64,000 bases of DNA. Origin: Synechococcus sp. SP2 MAG. Lineage in GTDB: Bacteria > Cyanobacteriota > Cyanobacteriia > PCC-6307 > Cyanobiaceae. Location: NCBI GenBank assembly GCA_030756895.1, contig JAVBIX010000029.1, positions 991 through 64,990 on the forward strand. Reading direction: 5' to 3'. The notes beneath the pieces were generated by a model. That model saw only the letters and a program-made list of their open reading frames with translations, was not told the DNA's origin and did not search any database. Of the stretch, positions 1 through 10,050 are shown one piece after another. Every line of letters starts with the position of its first letter. Within the stretch, counting starts at the first letter, position 1. The position numbers and the translations under genes are program-made.

Positions 1-2
1 CA

Positions 3-728
3 AGGCAGCGGCAATTTATTGATAATCTTGCTCATGAATTAAGAACCCCACTTGCGATTATTGCTGGAAACCTGCATAGGCTCAAGCGTAAAGAACAGTT
101 TTCTAACAATATTCGCCAATCCCTGTCTGATGCCATGGCGGAAACCCAAAGGATGGCAACTCTTGTCGATAATCTTTTATTACTTTCCGAATTAGATGCT
201 GATTGTCGCCGTTGGAGGTTGCAGATCGATGATATCAGGATTTTTATCGATCAATGGACTATCAAGCTCAATTCTGATTTAAGAGACTGTCTTCAAGTGG
301 ATGTTGTCAATGAAGCTGACGATTATCAAGTTCAGATTGATCAGGATGCTTTTCATCTGATTCTTGATTGTCTTTTTGATAATAGTCGTCGTTTTTGTCG
401 TTCTAAGCCGTTAATTCAGATCCAACTTATTCGAGCAGAATCTCATGTAGAGCTGCAATTCATTGACGATGGTCCTGGTATCCAAGATGATCAGCAATGT
501 GTTGCAGCGTTTGATCGATTTATCCGTATTGAGGAACATCGAAATGCTGATGTTACTGATGGTGGAGGACTAGGCCTTCCACTGGTAAAAAGCCTTATGG
601 AAGGAATGGGAGGTTCAGCGAGTTGCTCATCTCCTCAATCAATCACTAGCTCAGATCATCAGGGTCTTGTTGTTACATTACGATTTCCTTGCCCTAAGTC
701 ATCTATTGTCGTAACGAATTCTGCTTAG
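3..728 (+). CDS. Sensor histidine kinase, 5' end outside window
   Basis: The frame is open from base 3 and reads RQRQFIDNLAHELRTPLAII (H-box), upstream of the called ORF at 135. DDGPGI and GGGLGLPLV G-boxes follow. Confidence 0.9.
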   Translation, partial: RQRQFIDNLAHELRTPLAIIAGNLHRLKRKEQFSNNIRQSLSDAMAETQRMATLVDNLLLLSELDADCRRWRLQIDDIRIFIDQWTIKLNSDLRDCLQVDVVNEADDYQVQIDQDAFHLILDCLFDNSRRFCRSKPLIQIQLIRAESHVELQFIDDGPGIQDDQQCVAAFDRFIRIEEHRNADVTDGGGLGLPLVKSLMEGMGGSASCSSPQSITSSDHQGLVVTLRFPCPKSSIVVTNSA

Positions 729-1078
729 AGATAGCGCTCAAGTAATTCAGGCAAGAGTTCGAATAAGTCGGGTTTGAGAATAAAATCGCTAGCACCAAGA
801 GCTTTTGCTTCGCTCCGTTTATGGTCTTCATTGAAAGCAGTGACGACTAAAACTGGAACAAGATTGGAGCGCTCACTCAGCCGTTTTAGGCATGTCATGC
901 CGTCCATCTTTGGCATCATTAGATCCAACAAAATTAAATCTACTTTGCGCTGATCTAATAGCTCCAGCAAATCTTTGCCGTCCGAACAAACAACAGGCTC
1001 CACTCCCTCGTCAATTAATTCATACCTGATTAGTTCTCTTAATCGTGGATCGTCATCAACTATCGCGACGCATTTCAT
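725..1078 (-). CDS. Single-domain (CheY-like) response regulator
   Basis: VDDD acidic pocket, LILLDLMMPKMDG phosphoacceptor, VVTAF and LKP motifs; no output domain. Confidence 0.9.
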   Translation of the reverse strand: MKCVAIVDDDPRLRELIRYELIDEGVEPVVCSDGKDLLELLDQRKVDLILLDLMMPKMDGMTCLKRLSERSNLVPVLVVTAFNEDHKRSEAKALGASDFILKPDLFELLPELLERYL

Positions 1079-1151
1079 GATTTTCCCGATCCAAGGAGCC
1101 TTTTCCCGAAACCATTAAGAAAGAATGGAAAGAGGTGTAGCTTTGAACAAA

Positions 1152-1223
1152 TGGGTCGCCTGAGATTCGAACTCAGGACCAATCGGTTAAAAGCCGAGTG
1201 CTCTACCGCTGAGCTAGCGACCC
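1152..1223 (-). tRNA. tRNA-Lys (anticodon UUU)
   Basis: The reverse complement GGGTCGCTAGCTCAGCGGTAGAGCACTCGGCTTTTAACCGATTGGTCCTGAGTTCGAATCTCAGGCGACCCA folds as a cloverleaf with anticodon loop CT-TTT-AA. CCA is not encoded. Confidence 0.97.
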
Positions 1224-1318
1224 GCCGCATGGGCATGCCATTTAGGCACTCATGGAGGTTATCACTCAACGATCCTCCTGCAAGATATTTCCTCCCTGTA
1301 CTGATCACCGAGTTAGGA

Positions 1319-1867
1319 ATGAACAACCTTTGGCCCCAGCCCTCCATTGCTTCGGATGCCTTTATTGCACCTGGAGCTGTGCTGATGGCCGATGTGACTG
1401 TGAGCTCAGAAGCAAGCATTTGGCCAACTGCCGTTGCTCGTGGCGATATGGCACCCATTCATATCGGTGCTTGTAGCAACGTTCAGGAGGGTGCTGTTTT
1501 GCACGGCGATCCCGGTTTTCCTGTTCATATTGCTGAACACGTAACGATTGGACATCGCGCTGTTGTTCATGGCGCTTTGCTTGAAGCTGGCTGTCTGATT
1601 GGCATCGGTGCCGTTGTGCTCAATGGCGTCACAGTTGGGAGAGGGGCTCTTGTTGCCGCCGGGTCTGTGGTCACAAAGGATGTCCCAGCCCAAACGCTTG
1701 TGGCTGGTGTGCCAGCGAAGGTGAAACGTGAGCTGAGTCAGGAAGAAATCAAGGATCAGTGGCATCACGCAGATCACTACGCCGAGCTGGCTCGGCAGTG
1801 GTCTCAATTGCTGCAAAACCAAACGGACTGCCCACTGTTGATCCCGGCTTCTCCCGACTGTCCTTAA
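1319..1867 (+). CDS. Gamma-carbonic-anhydrase-like hexapeptide-repeat protein
   Basis: Left-handed beta-helix repeats and His ligands (VLHGDPG, IGHRAVVHG). Start moved to ATG 1319 because the longer ORF overlaps the tRNA. Confidence 0.85.
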   Translation: MNNLWPQPSIASDAFIAPGAVLMADVTVSSEASIWPTAVARGDMAPIHIGACSNVQEGAVLHGDPGFPVHIAEHVTIGHRAVVHGALLEAGCLIGIGAVVLNGVTVGRGALVAAGSVVTKDVPAQTLVAGVPAKVKRELSQEEIKDQWHHADHYAELARQWSQLLQNQTDCPLLIPASPDCP

Positions 1868-1894
1868 ACTCGAAAAGATTTTGTGAATGAACTC

Positions 1895-2017
1895 ATGGAC
1901 CTTCGGCTCGTGCTCGTGGCTTCTCCGATCCTTCTGGCACTTGCCTGGGCTGGGTTCAACGTTGGTCGTGCTGCTGTTGGGCAGCTTCAGCTGATGATCA
2001 AACGAAGCCGCGCTTGA
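1895..2017 (+). CDS. psbY: Photosystem II protein Y (absent from ORF track)
   Basis: Hand translation MDLRLVLVASPILLALAWAGFNVGRAAVGQLQLMIKRSRA* matches the PsbY pattern. Confidence 0.9.
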   Translation: MDLRLVLVASPILLALAWAGFNVGRAAVGQLQLMIKRSRA

Positions 2018-2060
2018 TTGTGATCGATAGGGTTGAGTTGAATTCTCGATTCCATCGTCC

Positions 2061-3440
2061 TTGAGCGAACAGTCTTCGGTTGTTGTGATTGGTGCCGGCC
2101 TTGCCGGTACAGAAGCTGCTTGGCAGGTCGCTAAAGCTGGCGTTCCTGTCACGCTCTGGGAAATGCGCCCTATCAAGCGTTCGCCTGCTCATCACAGCTC
2201 AGAGTTCGCTGAGCTTGTTTGCAGCAACAGCTTCGGAGCCCTCAGCAGCGACCGTGCAGCTGGCTTGTTGCAGGAAGAATTAAGGCGTCTTGGATCACTT
2301 GTGATCCAAACGGCTGATCATCACTCCGTTCCAGCTGGGGGAGCTCTTGCTGTTGATCGTGGCCGATACAGCGCAGCTCTGACATCCATTTTGGACGATC
2401 ACCCCTTGGTGACGATTCGTCGAGAAGAGCAGCTAAAGCTGCCTGATCCTGATCAGATCACCGTGCTGGCCACAGGTCCTTTAACCAGTGAAGCGTTGGC
2501 CGATGACCTACGCGCTTTTACTGGCCGAGACGATTGCCATTTCTTCGATGCGGCGAGCCCGATCGTTGAGGGTGAAAGTATCGATATGACCAAGGCTTTT
2601 CGGGCCAGTCGCTACGACAAGGGCGATGCCGACTACATCAATTGCCCGATGGATCGGGACCAGTTTCTGGCGTTTCGCACAGCCCTGCTGGAGGCCGAAC
2701 AAGCCGAACTGAAGGACTTTGACCAGAACAGCGCCACGTTCTTTGAGGGCTGCTTGCCGATTGAAGAGTTGGCCCGACGTGGAGAGGACACGATGCGTTA
2801 CGGACCTCTTAAGCCCATCGGTTTATGGGATCCGCGTTGGGGAGATGTGACTGACCGTGATGTGCGCCGCGCAAATCGAGCCTATGCCGTTGTGCAATTA
2901 CGACAGGAAGATAAAGACGGTCGACTCTGGAATCTCGTGGGTTTCCAGACCAATCTCAAGTGGGGGGAACAGAAACGGGTACTGCGTTTGATCCCAGGCT
3001 TAGAGCAGGCCGATTTCGTTCGTTTTGGTGTGATGCATCGCAACACCTTTTTGGAGGCACCAGAACTGTTGGAGCCAACTCTCCAGTTCCGCCGCCGCCA
3101 CCATCTGCTAGCTGCTGGCCAAATCACAGGCACTGAGGGATATGCAGCCGCTGTTGCCGGAGGTTGGTTGGCTGGCACAAATGCAGCACGGTTGGTTCAG
3201 GGTCAAGACCCGATTCAGTTGCCGCACACCACGATGATCGGAGCACTCACCCATTTCATCAGTGAGGCTCCATCGAAAAAATTCCAACCAATGCCTCCCA
3301 ATTTCGGCTTGATGCCTGAGCTTCAGGAGCGCATTAGAGATAAACGCGCCCGTTATGGCGCCTATCGCGACAGAGCCTTGGCGGATCTTCAGCGAACCAT
3401 CGAAGAGAGCAAGGTTGCCCATGTCGCCTGCACCGCTTAA
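2061..3440 (+). CDS. trmFO: Folate/FAD-dependent tRNA (uracil-54) methyltransferase TrmFO (Gid)
   Basis: [42 protein letters not shown] and GQITGTEGY motifs. Confidence 0.95.
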   Translation: MSEQSSVVVIGAGLAGTEAAWQVAKAGVPVTLWEMRPIKRSPAHHSSEFAELVCSNSFGALSSDRAAGLLQEELRRLGSLVIQTADHHSVPAGGALAVDRGRYSAALTSILDDHPLVTIRREEQLKLPDPDQITVLATGPLTSEALADDLRAFTGRDDCHFFDAASPIVEGESIDMTKAFRASRYDKGDADYINCPMDRDQFLAFRTALLEAEQAELKDFDQNSATFFEGCLPIEELARRGEDTMRYGPLKPIGLWDPRWGDVTDRDVRRANRAYAVVQLRQEDKDGRLWNLVGFQTNLKWGEQKRVLRLIPGLEQADFVRFGVMHRNTFLEAPELLEPTLQFRRRHHLLAAGQITGTEGYAAAVAGGWLAGTNAARLVQGQDPIQLPHTTMIGALTHFISEAPSKKFQPMPPNFGLMPELQERIRDKRARYGAYRDRALADLQRTIEESKVAHVACTA

Positions 3441-3447
3441 TGCACGA

Positions 3448-3702
3448 ATGCGCTTCGCCTCGCTCTTGAAGACTTACCTTGCTGGATTGTCGTGTTGGCT
3501 GCTGGCCCTCTCCGTGATGCAGGTGGGGCGCGCGGCTTTTGTGGTGGTGTACCTCACCAAAATCAAATCGATGGATAGTGCTTCCATCGATTTGATCCGC
3601 GAACGTATTAACGAGCGTTGCCGTGAGCTCTCAGCTATGGCAGTGCGTTTAGAAGTGATTCTGACTGCGACCTCTCCCTTTTCCACGACCGGAGCCTCCT
3701 AG
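3448..3702 (+). CDS. Small hypothetical protein with hydrophobic N-terminus
   Basis: ATG 7 nt after the trmFO stop; fills the gap before crtH. No recognised motif. Confidence 0.35.
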   Translation: MRFASLLKTYLAGLSCWLLALSVMQVGRAAFVVVYLTKIKSMDSASIDLIRERINERCRELSAMAVRLEVILTATSPFSTTGAS

Positions 3703-3732
3703 GGTCTGGATCAAGCATGAATCGTCGCTCCG

Positions 3733-5268
3733 ATGCCTGACTGGGATGTAATCGTGATCGGATCCGGGATCGGTGGCCTGGTCACAGCATCACAATTGGC
3801 TGCGAAGGGAGCAAAGACCTTGGTCCTCGAGCGCTATCTGATTCCTGGGGGATCTGGAGGCAGCTTTCGCAGAGAGGGATACACCTTCGATGTGGGTGCT
3901 TCGATGATTTTTGGATTTGGTGAGAAGGGGCACACCAATCTGCTCACTAGAGCCCTGGCCGACGTGGGCCAACACTGCGCGACGGTTCCAGATGCTGTGC
4001 AGCTTGAATATCACCTTCCAGATGGCCTCACGATGGCTGTGGACAGGGACTACGACGACTTTATTTCACGAATGAGTGCTCGCTTTCCCCATGAAGAGAA
4101 GGGGATTCGCGCTTTTTACGAGACCTGCTGGCAGGTGTTTCGTTGCTTAGATGCGATGCCTTTGCTCTCTTTGGAGGATCCGGCCTATCTCGCAAAAGTA
4201 TTTTTTAAGGCTCCACTTGCCTGCCTTGGTTTGGCTCGGTGGCTCCCTTTCAATGTTGGTGATGTCGCTAAAAAGCACATCAAGGATGAGGATCTTTTGC
4301 GTTTGATCGATATGGAATGTTTCTGCTGGTCGGTGATGCCAGCAGATCGCACACCCATGATCAATGCCGGCATGGTGTTTTCTGATCGGCACGCCGGTGG
4401 CATCAATTATCCGAAAGGTGGTGTGGGAGTGATTGCCGAAAAACTCGTGGCTGGCTTGGAAGCCAATGGCGGCGAAATTCGCTACAAAAATCGGGTCACC
4501 AACGTGCTGATTGAACAGGGTCAAGCTGTTGGTGTTCGGCTTGCTGACGGTGAGGAGCTTCGGGCCAAGCGGATTGTGAGCAACGCCACTCGCTGGGACA
4601 CCTTCGCTGGTGAAGGGTCAGCACAGTCAACTCTGGTTGGACCTGAGCACACGCCAGCCGCTGAAACCACATGGCGCAGGCGCTACCAGCCCTCGTCATC
4701 ATTCCTGTCCCTCCATCTCGGCGTTGATGCTGCGGTGGTTCCGCATGGTTTTCACTGTCATCACCTCTTGCTTGAGGACTGGGCTGAGATGGAAGCAGAG
4801 CAAGGTGTGGTTTTTGTGTCGATGCCATCTCTTCTGGACCCTTCTTTGGCTCCAGCTGGGCGTCACATTTTGCACACTTTTACGCAGAGCGATATGCGCA
4901 ATTGGAAAAATCTTTCCCCATCGGCTTATGCGGAGAAGAAGCAGCAGGATGCCGATCGCTTGATCGAACGTTTGGAAGCCCTTCTTCCTGGTTTAAAGAG
5001 CGCCATTAAGTTCAAGGAAATTGGGACGCCCCGCACGCATCGGCGCTTCCTTGGCCGCATGGGTGGTAGCTATGGACCGGTTCCGGCGAATCAACTTCCT
5101 GGCTTGTTGCCAATGCCGTTTAACCGCACAGGTTTGAAAAATCTGTATTGCGTTGGTGATTCTTGTTTCCCCGGCCAAGGGCTCAATGCCGTGGCTTTTA
5201 GTGGTTATGCCTGCAGCCACCGAATCGGGGCGGATCTTGGCTTGAACCCTTGGTCTCTTCCAGCGTGA
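3733..5268 (+). CDS. crtH: Carotenoid (prolycopene) isomerase CrtH/CRTISO
   Basis: FAD loop VIGSGIGG, GYTFDVGASMIFG, GGINYPKGG and C-terminal GDSCFPGQGLNAVAFSG. Confidence 0.92.
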   Translation: MPDWDVIVIGSGIGGLVTASQLAAKGAKTLVLERYLIPGGSGGSFRREGYTFDVGASMIFGFGEKGHTNLLTRALADVGQHCATVPDAVQLEYHLPDGLTMAVDRDYDDFISRMSARFPHEEKGIRAFYETCWQVFRCLDAMPLLSLEDPAYLAKVFFKAPLACLGLARWLPFNVGDVAKKHIKDEDLLRLIDMECFCWSVMPADRTPMINAGMVFSDRHAGGINYPKGGVGVIAEKLVAGLEANGGEIRYKNRVTNVLIEQGQAVGVRLADGEELRAKRIVSNATRWDTFAGEGSAQSTLVGPEHTPAAETTWRRRYQPSSSFLSLHLGVDAAVVPHGFHCHHLLLEDWAEMEAEQGVVFVSMPSLLDPSLAPAGRHILHTFTQSDMRNWKNLSPSAYAEKKQQDADRLIERLEALLPGLKSAIKFKEIGTPRTHRRFLGRMGGSYGPVPANQLPGLLPMPFNRTGLKNLYCVGDSCFPGQGLNAVAFSGYACSHRIGADLGLNPWSLPA

Positions 5269-5324
5269 ATCGATCGCAGCAGCATCGACGATTCACGCTA
5301 AGGATGGTTGTCTGTGCTTAAGGT

Positions 5325-5630
5325 TTGGTCTCTGAAGCAACGCCCATTGTGGAGTCCACTCCTCCCAGCGCCGCTGAATTGGCTCGCTATCTCGAGAGCC
5401 GGGGGGACCTGAGTAAGCCTTGGATGTTGCAGATGTTGCGCTTGGCCAAGCTCAAGGAAGCTCGCGGCAGCATGAGCCAAGAGGATTACATGTGCAGCAT
5501 CAAACAGGCACATTCCGATCTCATCCGCTTGGGTGAATTCTGGAAAGGTCGAGAGGCGGAGGTGTTTGGTGGGTCGTATCGCCCCAATGACGTGATTGAG
5601 CCATTACCTGGTTCCCCGGAGGATCGATGA
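5325..5630 (+). CDS. Hypothetical protein
   Basis: 101-aa ORF whose stop overlaps the next start (ATGA). Confidence 0.65.
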   Translation: MVSEATPIVESTPPSAAELARYLESRGDLSKPWMLQMLRLAKLKEARGSMSQEDYMCSIKQAHSDLIRLGEFWKGREAEVFGGSYRPNDVIEPLPGSPEDR

Positions 5631-6172
5631 GCAATAGCAACCATTGTTTTCAGCTTTCCCCGTTAATTCGTGGGACGTTGATCACTGTTTACTTAGCCTT
5701 GGTGCTTCCACTACCGGCCCTTGCTCCTGAATCGCTGCGGTTGTGGCTGCTTGCCGCTGTTCCCTTGGGATTGCTTGTTGTGTTGGCCATGCTCAGCGAA
5801 CAAGTTACTGTTACAAACTCTGGAATCACTGTCGGCCACCCCTCTTGGTGTAGCTGGTTGCTGCGTCGTGGTTGGAGCTTGAACTGGACCGAAATGAAAG
5901 CGCTTGTTCCTGTGGGTACGAGTCAAGGCGGGAAGGTCTTTTACATCACAACCCACGATCACAGCCAACGTCTGCTTCCACAGCGACTTGAACATTTTGA
6001 TCGCTTTCTCAATCTGATTCAATCCAAGAGCTCATTGCGAACCACGGGTGTTGGCAGATTGACACCGCCTTGGACCTATCAACTGTTGGCTTTTTTGGCT
6101 GCGTTGATGCTTGTTGGCGAGGGATCCGTAGCGTTTGCTGTGCAACAGGGTTTGATCATCATTCCATCATAA
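5627..6172 (+). CDS. Hypothetical membrane protein
   Basis: Two N-terminal and one C-terminal hydrophobic segments; coupled to the upstream ORF. Confidence 0.7.
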   Translation: MSNSNHCFQLSPLIRGTLITVYLALVLPLPALAPESLRLWLLAAVPLGLLVVLAMLSEQVTVTNSGITVGHPSWCSWLLRRGWSLNWTEMKALVPVGTSQGGKVFYITTHDHSQRLLPQRLEHFDRFLNLIQSKSSLRTTGVGRLTPPWTYQLLAFLAALMLVGEGSVAFAVQQGLIIIPS

Positions 6173-6831
6173 TTCGAATGATCTAGAGAGCTACAAGCTC
6201 TGCTTATGACTTGTCTTGAAGCATTAAGTTTAAAAAAAAATTTAAGAAGTCTTGAAAATTATCTTTAGGTGAATACTTTTGATTTAATTTTGTTTAGCGG
6301 CATTGATAGCAGATTGTAGAGATCAGAGCCACGTTTAAGAATACGAGGCTGCCCGCAATAATAAAACTAGCCATTGGTTTTAATCAGTGGCAGCTGCCAT
6401 TGCAATCAGAGACTATCTAAATAGCAGTATTTTTTGCTTTTCGTAGCCATCGTTATTCCACTACCGTTGCTGGTTCAGAAGCATTCGGATCTTCTAATCA
6501 AATTTTTAACTGTCTCGTTTTAGGAAATAATCTTAAAAAAGCCGGTAAGAGCAGCTCAGTGCAGACAGGTGTGCTGTTTTTGATCACAGAATAAAGCCTT
6601 GCGTCATGCCGTATTCAGGCGATGGCTCCTCCCGCCAGGTGAGGACCGAGTTCTGAATTTCCAATCTCCTAAGTCTTTGCCTAACAGGGGTGTCTTCGAT
6701 TACGCAAAGGCCGACCCTGGTCTAGATCGCAGCCATTCAATGCATTCCGTTGGGGACATTTGATTGGTTGTTGATCTTCCTAATTCATTACCTCTATCGC
6801 GTTTTAAAAAATTCCATCACACCACTTCTAG

Positions 6832-7596
6832 TTAGTCCCTGATGTTTTCAAGACTGAATCGGTAGCCCTGCTGGCGAACGGTCGTGATACCGCCCCCATC
6901 ACCCAGCCCTGCTTGCTCAAGTTTTCGTCGCAGTGTGAGCACCTGGGTGTCAACGGATCGGGGACCTCCACTGAAGGGGGGCCACGCCATACGCAGCAAT
7001 TCCTGACGACTCCGCACCATTCCCGGAGGCATTAATAGAGCGCAGAGCAAGGCGAATTCCCTGGGGCTGAGCTCAACAGGTTTCTCGCGCAGCGTGACCT
7101 GTCGAAGCAGGAGGTGAACTTCAAGGGGCCCCACACTGACGCGCTCTTGAAGACCGCTGTGGCCTCGTTTAAGCAAGGTGCGGCAGCGTGCAGCGAGCTC
7201 TTCAAGCCCAAAGGGCTTGCGAAGCACATCGTCAGCGCCGTCATCAAGAAGTCCTACGACCGGCTCAGCACCGGTACGAGCGGTTAAAACGATGACTGGC
7301 GCGCGCAATTGCTGGGCCAAGCGCAAAGCGGAACTTTGCTCAAGGAGCTCAGCACAAACCAACAAATCAGGAGATTGGTCCTGACAAAGCTCTTGAGCTT
7401 CTGCAGGGGATGAGACCGCTGCAGTCAGGTGACCGTCTTGACGCAGACGTTGAACCAGAACAGTTCGCAGCGTGGGATGGGGCTCAACCACCAGAACCCG
7501 GAACGGTTCTCGAGGTTGACCTGCAGACGGCACAAATTGTGAGGTGGAGACCAAGTCAGGACTGTTGTCCAGAAGGTCCCGGGATGAGGAGGTCAC
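6832..7596 (-). CDS. OmpR-family response regulator with atypical (pseudo) receiver
   Basis: Winged-helix C-terminus (LSPREFALL, VDTQVLTLRRKL, TVRQQGYRF). The receiver has VVEPH and DLLVCAEL where acidic residues are expected. Confidence 0.85.
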   Translation of the reverse strand: MTSSSRDLLDNSPDLVSTSQFVPSAGQPREPFRVLVVEPHPTLRTVLVQRLRQDGHLTAAVSSPAEAQELCQDQSPDLLVCAELLEQSSALRLAQQLRAPVIVLTARTGAEPVVGLLDDGADDVLRKPFGLEELAARCRTLLKRGHSGLQERVSVGPLEVHLLLRQVTLREKPVELSPREFALLCALLMPPGMVRSRQELLRMAWPPFSGGPRSVDTQVLTLRRKLEQAGLGDGGGITTVRQQGYRFSLENIRD

Positions 7597-7672
7597 ACAG
7601 CAGGTAAAACCGCGCTTACGCTAGTACCAATCCATAGCTTGCTGGTAGCAGAGGCTGCAGCTCACACTAAAG

Positions 7673-7945
7673 ATGACATCCCTCCAGCATCCGGAAGCCA
7701 TTCGACACTTCCAGTCGCTGTGCGATGCCTGTCAAGAGCTAACCACCAGATATCACAGCCCGTCTGAGCTGAGGCTGTATGCCGATGGGTATTTGCATGC
7801 GCTGAGGCGCTGTAGTCCACTGGAAACGCGCGAAATGGCTCGCCTCGAGTCTCTTGTTGAGCGATGGATCATGGATCCATCAAGCTTTATCGGGCCTGAT
7901 GGGGACGTCAGCACGCTGTACAGCCATCCCCATCGCGATTGGTAA
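7673..7945 (+). CDS. Small hypothetical protein (DUF6761-like, from recall)
   Basis: 90-aa ORF divergent from the regulator; ELRLYADGYLHAL motif. Confidence 0.7.
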   Translation: MTSLQHPEAIRHFQSLCDACQELTTRYHSPSELRLYADGYLHALRRCSPLETREMARLESLVERWIMDPSSFIGPDGDVSTLYSHPHRDW

Positions 7946-7981
7946 CGATCAATCGCTTGAGCTAGATCGAATCGCTCAATT

Positions 7982-8305
7982 TTAGCTAGCGAGCTCAATC
8001 TCGAGTTTTTCCTTGAGCTCGCCGTTGTTATACATCTCGATCAAGATGTCGGATCCACCCATAAATTCCCCTTTCACATAAACCTGGGGAATCGTGGGCC
8101 ATTCTGAATAATCCTTGACGCCCTGGCGGATTTCGGCGTCAGACAACACATCAAAGGTCTCAAAACTCATGCCGAGGGCATTGAGGATTTGGACGACATT
8201 GTTAGAAAAGCCGCACTGGGGCATCAATTTTGTGCCCTTCATGAACACAAAAATAGGACTGGACTGAATCAGCGTTTGAATGCGCTCTTTCGTTTGGGAA
8301 TCCAT
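7982..8305 (-). CDS. grxD: Monothiol glutaredoxin (Grx4 family)
   Basis: KGT..PQCGFS active site, WPTIPQVYV and GGSD motifs. Confidence 0.95.
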   Translation of the reverse strand: MDSQTKERIQTLIQSSPIFVFMKGTKLMPQCGFSNNVVQILNALGMSFETFDVLSDAEIRQGVKDYSEWPTIPQVYVKGEFMGGSDILIEMYNNGELKEKLEIELAS

Positions 8306-8350
8306 GGATCAAAAATGGCTTAAAAAAATAAGGACGTAACGAGCGAATAT

Positions 8351-8584
8351 CTAGCCAGGCGTGGAAGTGGTGAGCGCTAAGGCGTGAATCGCCTCACTCT
8401 CAAGATCTTCACGCAAAGCGCCATAGACCAATTGGTGCTGTTTAATTCGGGTGAGACCCTCAAATTGTGCAGACACCACAGTCACTTGAAGGTGATCTCC
8501 ACCTCCTGTGAGGTCTTCCACTGACACCTGAGCATCTGGAAGAGCTCGGCGAATCGCCGAACTCACCGCCTCTGACTGAACCAT
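8351..8584 (-). CDS. bolA: BolA family protein
   Basis: [24 protein letters not shown] and IHALAL.T motifs; adjacent to grxD; start at MVQSEAV. Confidence 0.9.
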   Translation of the reverse strand: MVQSEAVSSAIRRALPDAQVSVEDLTGGGDHLQVTVVSAQFEGLTRIKQHQLVYGALREDLESEAIHALALTTSTPG

Positions 8585-8652
8585 GCAACGAGGGATTGAA
8601 CTGAGCTGATGCTGGCAGATCAACGTCGTGAATGTCTCCAGTGGATCACTTC

Positions 8653-9192
8653 TTATTTCGCTGATTTCGCCCCAGCGAAGGGAGTTTCGACAAATCCCAG
8701 CTCAATCAAGCTTTGATAGGCCTTTTGGCCTTCGCTGCTGGCAGGAGTCATCAGACGGACGACCTCAACGAGAACTGGTACCGCAACTTCTGGTTGATTT
8801 TGCCGTCTGAACAAAGCGGCCAAACGCAAATTGGCTTGTGCCAAAAGGGTGAGCGCTTCACGGCCTTTGGAATCCATCTCCCTTGGAATTCGTGCATCAA
8901 GACCTCTGAAAGCACCGCTGAGATCTCTGTAGAAAGCCAAAAGCTGCTTTGCAGCAGTCCGGGCATTGTCGTAATCGGTCTTGGCTTGATCGAGATTTCC
9001 TGATGCCACGGCTGCATCGCCGCGATTGAGAAGCGTGCGGACAGCAGCAACATTGAAACCAGCACCACTTGACGCCAGCACTTTGCTCACAGAGGAGTTG
9101 GTTCCATCTGAAGACTGAGCGAACACCTGCAAGGGGGCAGCAGCCAAACCAGCCAAAAGGGCTAAGGCGGTGATGGTGAGACGGGAACGCAT
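8653..9192 (-). CDS. Secreted helical (TPR-like) hypothetical protein
   Basis: Signal peptide ([15 protein letters not shown]...VFA) followed by Ala-rich helical repeats. Confidence 0.7.
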   Translation of the reverse strand: MRSRLTITALALLAGLAAAPLQVFAQSSDGTNSSVSKVLASSGAGFNVAAVRTLLNRGDAAVASGNLDQAKTDYDNARTAAKQLLAFYRDLSGAFRGLDARIPREMDSKGREALTLLAQANLRLAALFRRQNQPEVAVPVLVEVVRLMTPASSEGQKAYQSLIELGFVETPFAGAKSAK

Positions 9193-9218
9193 GAACTGAG
9201 CAGGACAGTGGGCGGATT

Positions 9219-9917
9219 TTAGTGGCTTCTTAGCGGTCGGCCTACCGCGTCTCGGGCCGCTTGTTCAGCCGTATGCATCCGATCTGCTAACACCTGACTC
9301 ATATGAGCAGCAGTTTCTCTGCCCGCACCATCGGCTAAGAGGGGAGCTTCGAAGCAGATTGCAGCACTACTAGAAGCTGAGGGACTGGCCTCGCTGTAGG
9401 CGATCCCCACGGGAACAACGCTGACAGGAATTCCATTGGACTTGGACAGTTGAGCAAGACGAACCAGTCCCTGTCGCAACCGAATCGGTTCGTCGGTGCG
9501 GTTGATTCGCCCTTCGGGAAATACAACAACCTGCTGACCAGCAGCTAAAAGATCGATGGCATAACGAAGCGACGTCAGGGTGGGACGTCCTTGGTCCACT
9601 GGAAAGCAGCCGAGTCGATATAGAAACCAGCCCTGAAGTCCTTCCATCTCGCTACGCGTCACCATGAAGCGGCAATCACGGCCGGTAATGCGTCGCCCCG
9701 TTGCCATTGGCAAGATCAGAGCATCCCAGCGGGCTCGATGGGTTGGGGCCAGAAGCACAGGCCCTTCCTTCGGTAGATGATGAGCTCCGATCACATGACG
9801 CTCTCGGAAATACCAAGGCAATGCCAGGTCTTGCGTTAACCACATCGCAAGCGATGACATGAATGGGTTCATCGCTGAACCCAAGACTTCACCTCTGGTT
9901 TTCAGAGCACTACCCAC
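9219..9917 (-). CDS. 1-acyl-sn-glycerol-3-phosphate acyltransferase family (PlsC-like)
   Basis: HRARWD (Hx4D) and FPEGR motifs. The true start is probably downstream of the called one. Confidence 0.85.
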   Translation of the reverse strand: MGSALKTRGEVLGSAMNPFMSSLAMWLTQDLALPWYFRERHVIGAHHLPKEGPVLLAPTHRARWDALILPMATGRRITGRDCRFMVTRSEMEGLQGWFLYRLGCFPVDQGRPTLTSLRYAIDLLAAGQQVVVFPEGRINRTDEPIRLRQGLVRLAQLSKSNGIPVSVVPVGIAYSEASPSASSSAAICFEAPLLADGAGRETAAHMSQVLADRMHTAEQAARDAVGRPLRSH

Positions 9918-10050
9918 GGCTTGATACCGCTGTTCAACTGCGTTGGAATTTAGGTGGCCTATGTCTCTGAATCGCGCAAGCTTGGGCAGTTAGATCGGCG
10001 TCTCGTTTGCAGCCCACCCGCGCATAAAATTGGATCTTTGGACGAGGGTC

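Noticed and set aside
1075-1458. ORF 1075-1458 (-) and the N-terminal extension of ORF 1151-1867 (+)
   Set aside because: Both run across tRNA-Lys; the real CDS most likely starts at 1319.
6173-6831. 660-nt intergenic region with an A9 run, as a possible sRNA or small gene
   Set aside because: I found no convincing ORF, terminator or recognisable RNA family by eye; it needs RNA-seq or an Rfam scan.
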